Positions 60,775-61,666 of a stretch of 61,666 nucleotides of DNA are shown one piece after another. Below the pieces are notes generated by a model. It ran no database searches, was not told where the DNA came from, and saw only the letters and a program-made list of their open reading frames with translations. The stretch lies in the IMG/VR virus record IMGVR_UViG_3300025133_000106. One strand, 5' to 3'. The position numbers were made by a program, and so were the translations under genes. Position 1 is the stretch's first letter. Every line of letters starts with the position of its first letter. Origin of the DNA: a virus.

Positions 60775-61037
60775 AGTTCGGCGATTTATTCATACCACGG
60801 GAGTCCCTGTACATGTCACCCAATTCACATGATTCACATGATACACTCTTCAGAAAATATGCAAAGCTTCCATGGGACGTAAGATTGGTGAACCCAAGTT
60901 GCATGCTTTATTTGGGCTCGCCTGCCAATTTCTTTATCTTAGAAGAAACAGTTTTTTTTAACGGCAGATTTTGTATATTAAGCGGTGTTGCCGACGAAGA
61001 CTTTAACTACGAGATAGTAGGTGAGTTATGGCTTTAA
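60723..61037 (+). CDS. small paralog family protein (LKFGDLFI)
   Basis: GDL-motif; overlaps the previous gene, so the start is uncertain. Confidence 0.3.
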   Translation: MLYANSKEGAEGATVSLKFGDLFIPRESLYMSPNSHDSHDTLFRKYAKLPWDVRLVNPSCMLYLGSPANFFILEETVFFNGRFCILSGVADEDFNYEIVGELWL

Positions 61038-61068
61038 AACCTGGTGATTTGTTCATTCTGCAAGAGAT

Positions 61069-61353
61069 GTGTGGCAAAATAAATCTGACGCACATGAATG
61101 TAACTCTGTCCACCGTCTCTATAGAAGAGATCTAGTTGGGTGGGAAGATGAAGTGTACATCCCCACTACTTACAAGCTCTTTTCTGATTGCAGACCTAAT
61201 GTAGGTATCATGGTGTATATAGGCTCAGGAAGATCATACAACGAAAAATGGTCACGTTATGACTTTGTTGTTTTTGTAGATGGTAAATTTTGCGTTATTG
61301 CAGGGTATAACAAGATTCCGCTTAAACACAAATTGATTAATAGATTGTGTTAA
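61069..61353 (+). CDS. hypothetical protein
   Basis: 94-aa ORF. Confidence 0.35.
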   Translation: MWQNKSDAHECNSVHRLYRRDLVGWEDEVYIPTTYKLFSDCRPNVGIMVYIGSGRSYNEKWSRYDFVVFVDGKFCVIAGYNKIPLKHKLINRLC

Positions 61354-61666
61354 AATGAATAATTCGTAATATAATTTATTAATCAATGAGAGTTCATCAA
61401 ATTTTATTAAAACCCGGCTACGCGGAGACTGGTGCGATAACTGAGCTTAGTATCACTCACCAAGATGGCTTTGACACAGTCACCGATATGCTCCGTATGT
61501 TCATGAAGGATTTTTATTCATCTTACTTAGAAGTAAATGAGGGATATTTAACCTCAGAGCATTGCGGGAAGAGCTATTCTTCATTTGCAAAATTTTGCTC
61601 TACTTGCGGCAACCCCCTGGTTCCAGTAGTAACGTCAGAATCATTACATAACGTTTTAAATGCATT

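Overview
The window is a densely packed, almost entirely plus-strand block of about 100 ORFs with short intergenic gaps and frequent ATGA or 4-nt overlaps. It is AT-rich. The gene content points to a large (jumbo-type) tailed bacteriophage of a Gram-negative host: an rIIA/rIIB-like pair, an endolysin with a PG-binding domain plus an M15 peptidase domain, GroEL, a sigma-70-family factor, an ATP-dependent DNA ligase, a FEN/5'-3' exonuclease, a RadA-like ATPase, a tRNA, and lipobox lipoproteins. The calls most worth checking are listed below.

- **1-9 kb, nucleotide-sugar and pyrimidine module.** It holds two SDR epimerase/dehydratases, a Nudix hydrolase, a P-loop dNMP kinase, a ThyA-family hydroxymethylase with Asp at the Asn177-equivalent position, a DHH phosphoesterase, and a dCMP deaminase. 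This is consistent with a hypermodified, possibly glycosylated, hydroxymethyl-pyrimidine DNA base.
- **9.5-11.3 kb, duplicated module.** A 596-aa protein is built from a tandemly duplicated 217-aa module, and each copy begins with a canonical-looking Tat signal (TRRSFLK plus an Ala-rich h-region) located internally.
- **35.6-37.4 kb, lipoprotein.** It carries about seven CDGxDNDCDGxxDE (MopE-like metal-binding) repeats fused to a VWA domain.
- **39.1-40.0 kb, sigma factor.** It appears to lack region 4.2, and three ~85-bp tandem repeats carrying TATAAAA elements lie immediately downstream.
- **40.9-46.4 kb, the most unusual segment.** A MoxR-type AAA+ ATPase, then a HExxH-metallopeptidase/VWA protein, then an 858-aa protein whose N-terminal repeats, SPFH-like middle and C-terminal coiled coil resemble eukaryotic major vault protein. 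The block ends in a strong terminator. I am not aware of a vault-protein-like gene being described in phages.

None of the minus-strand ORFs looks like a real gene.
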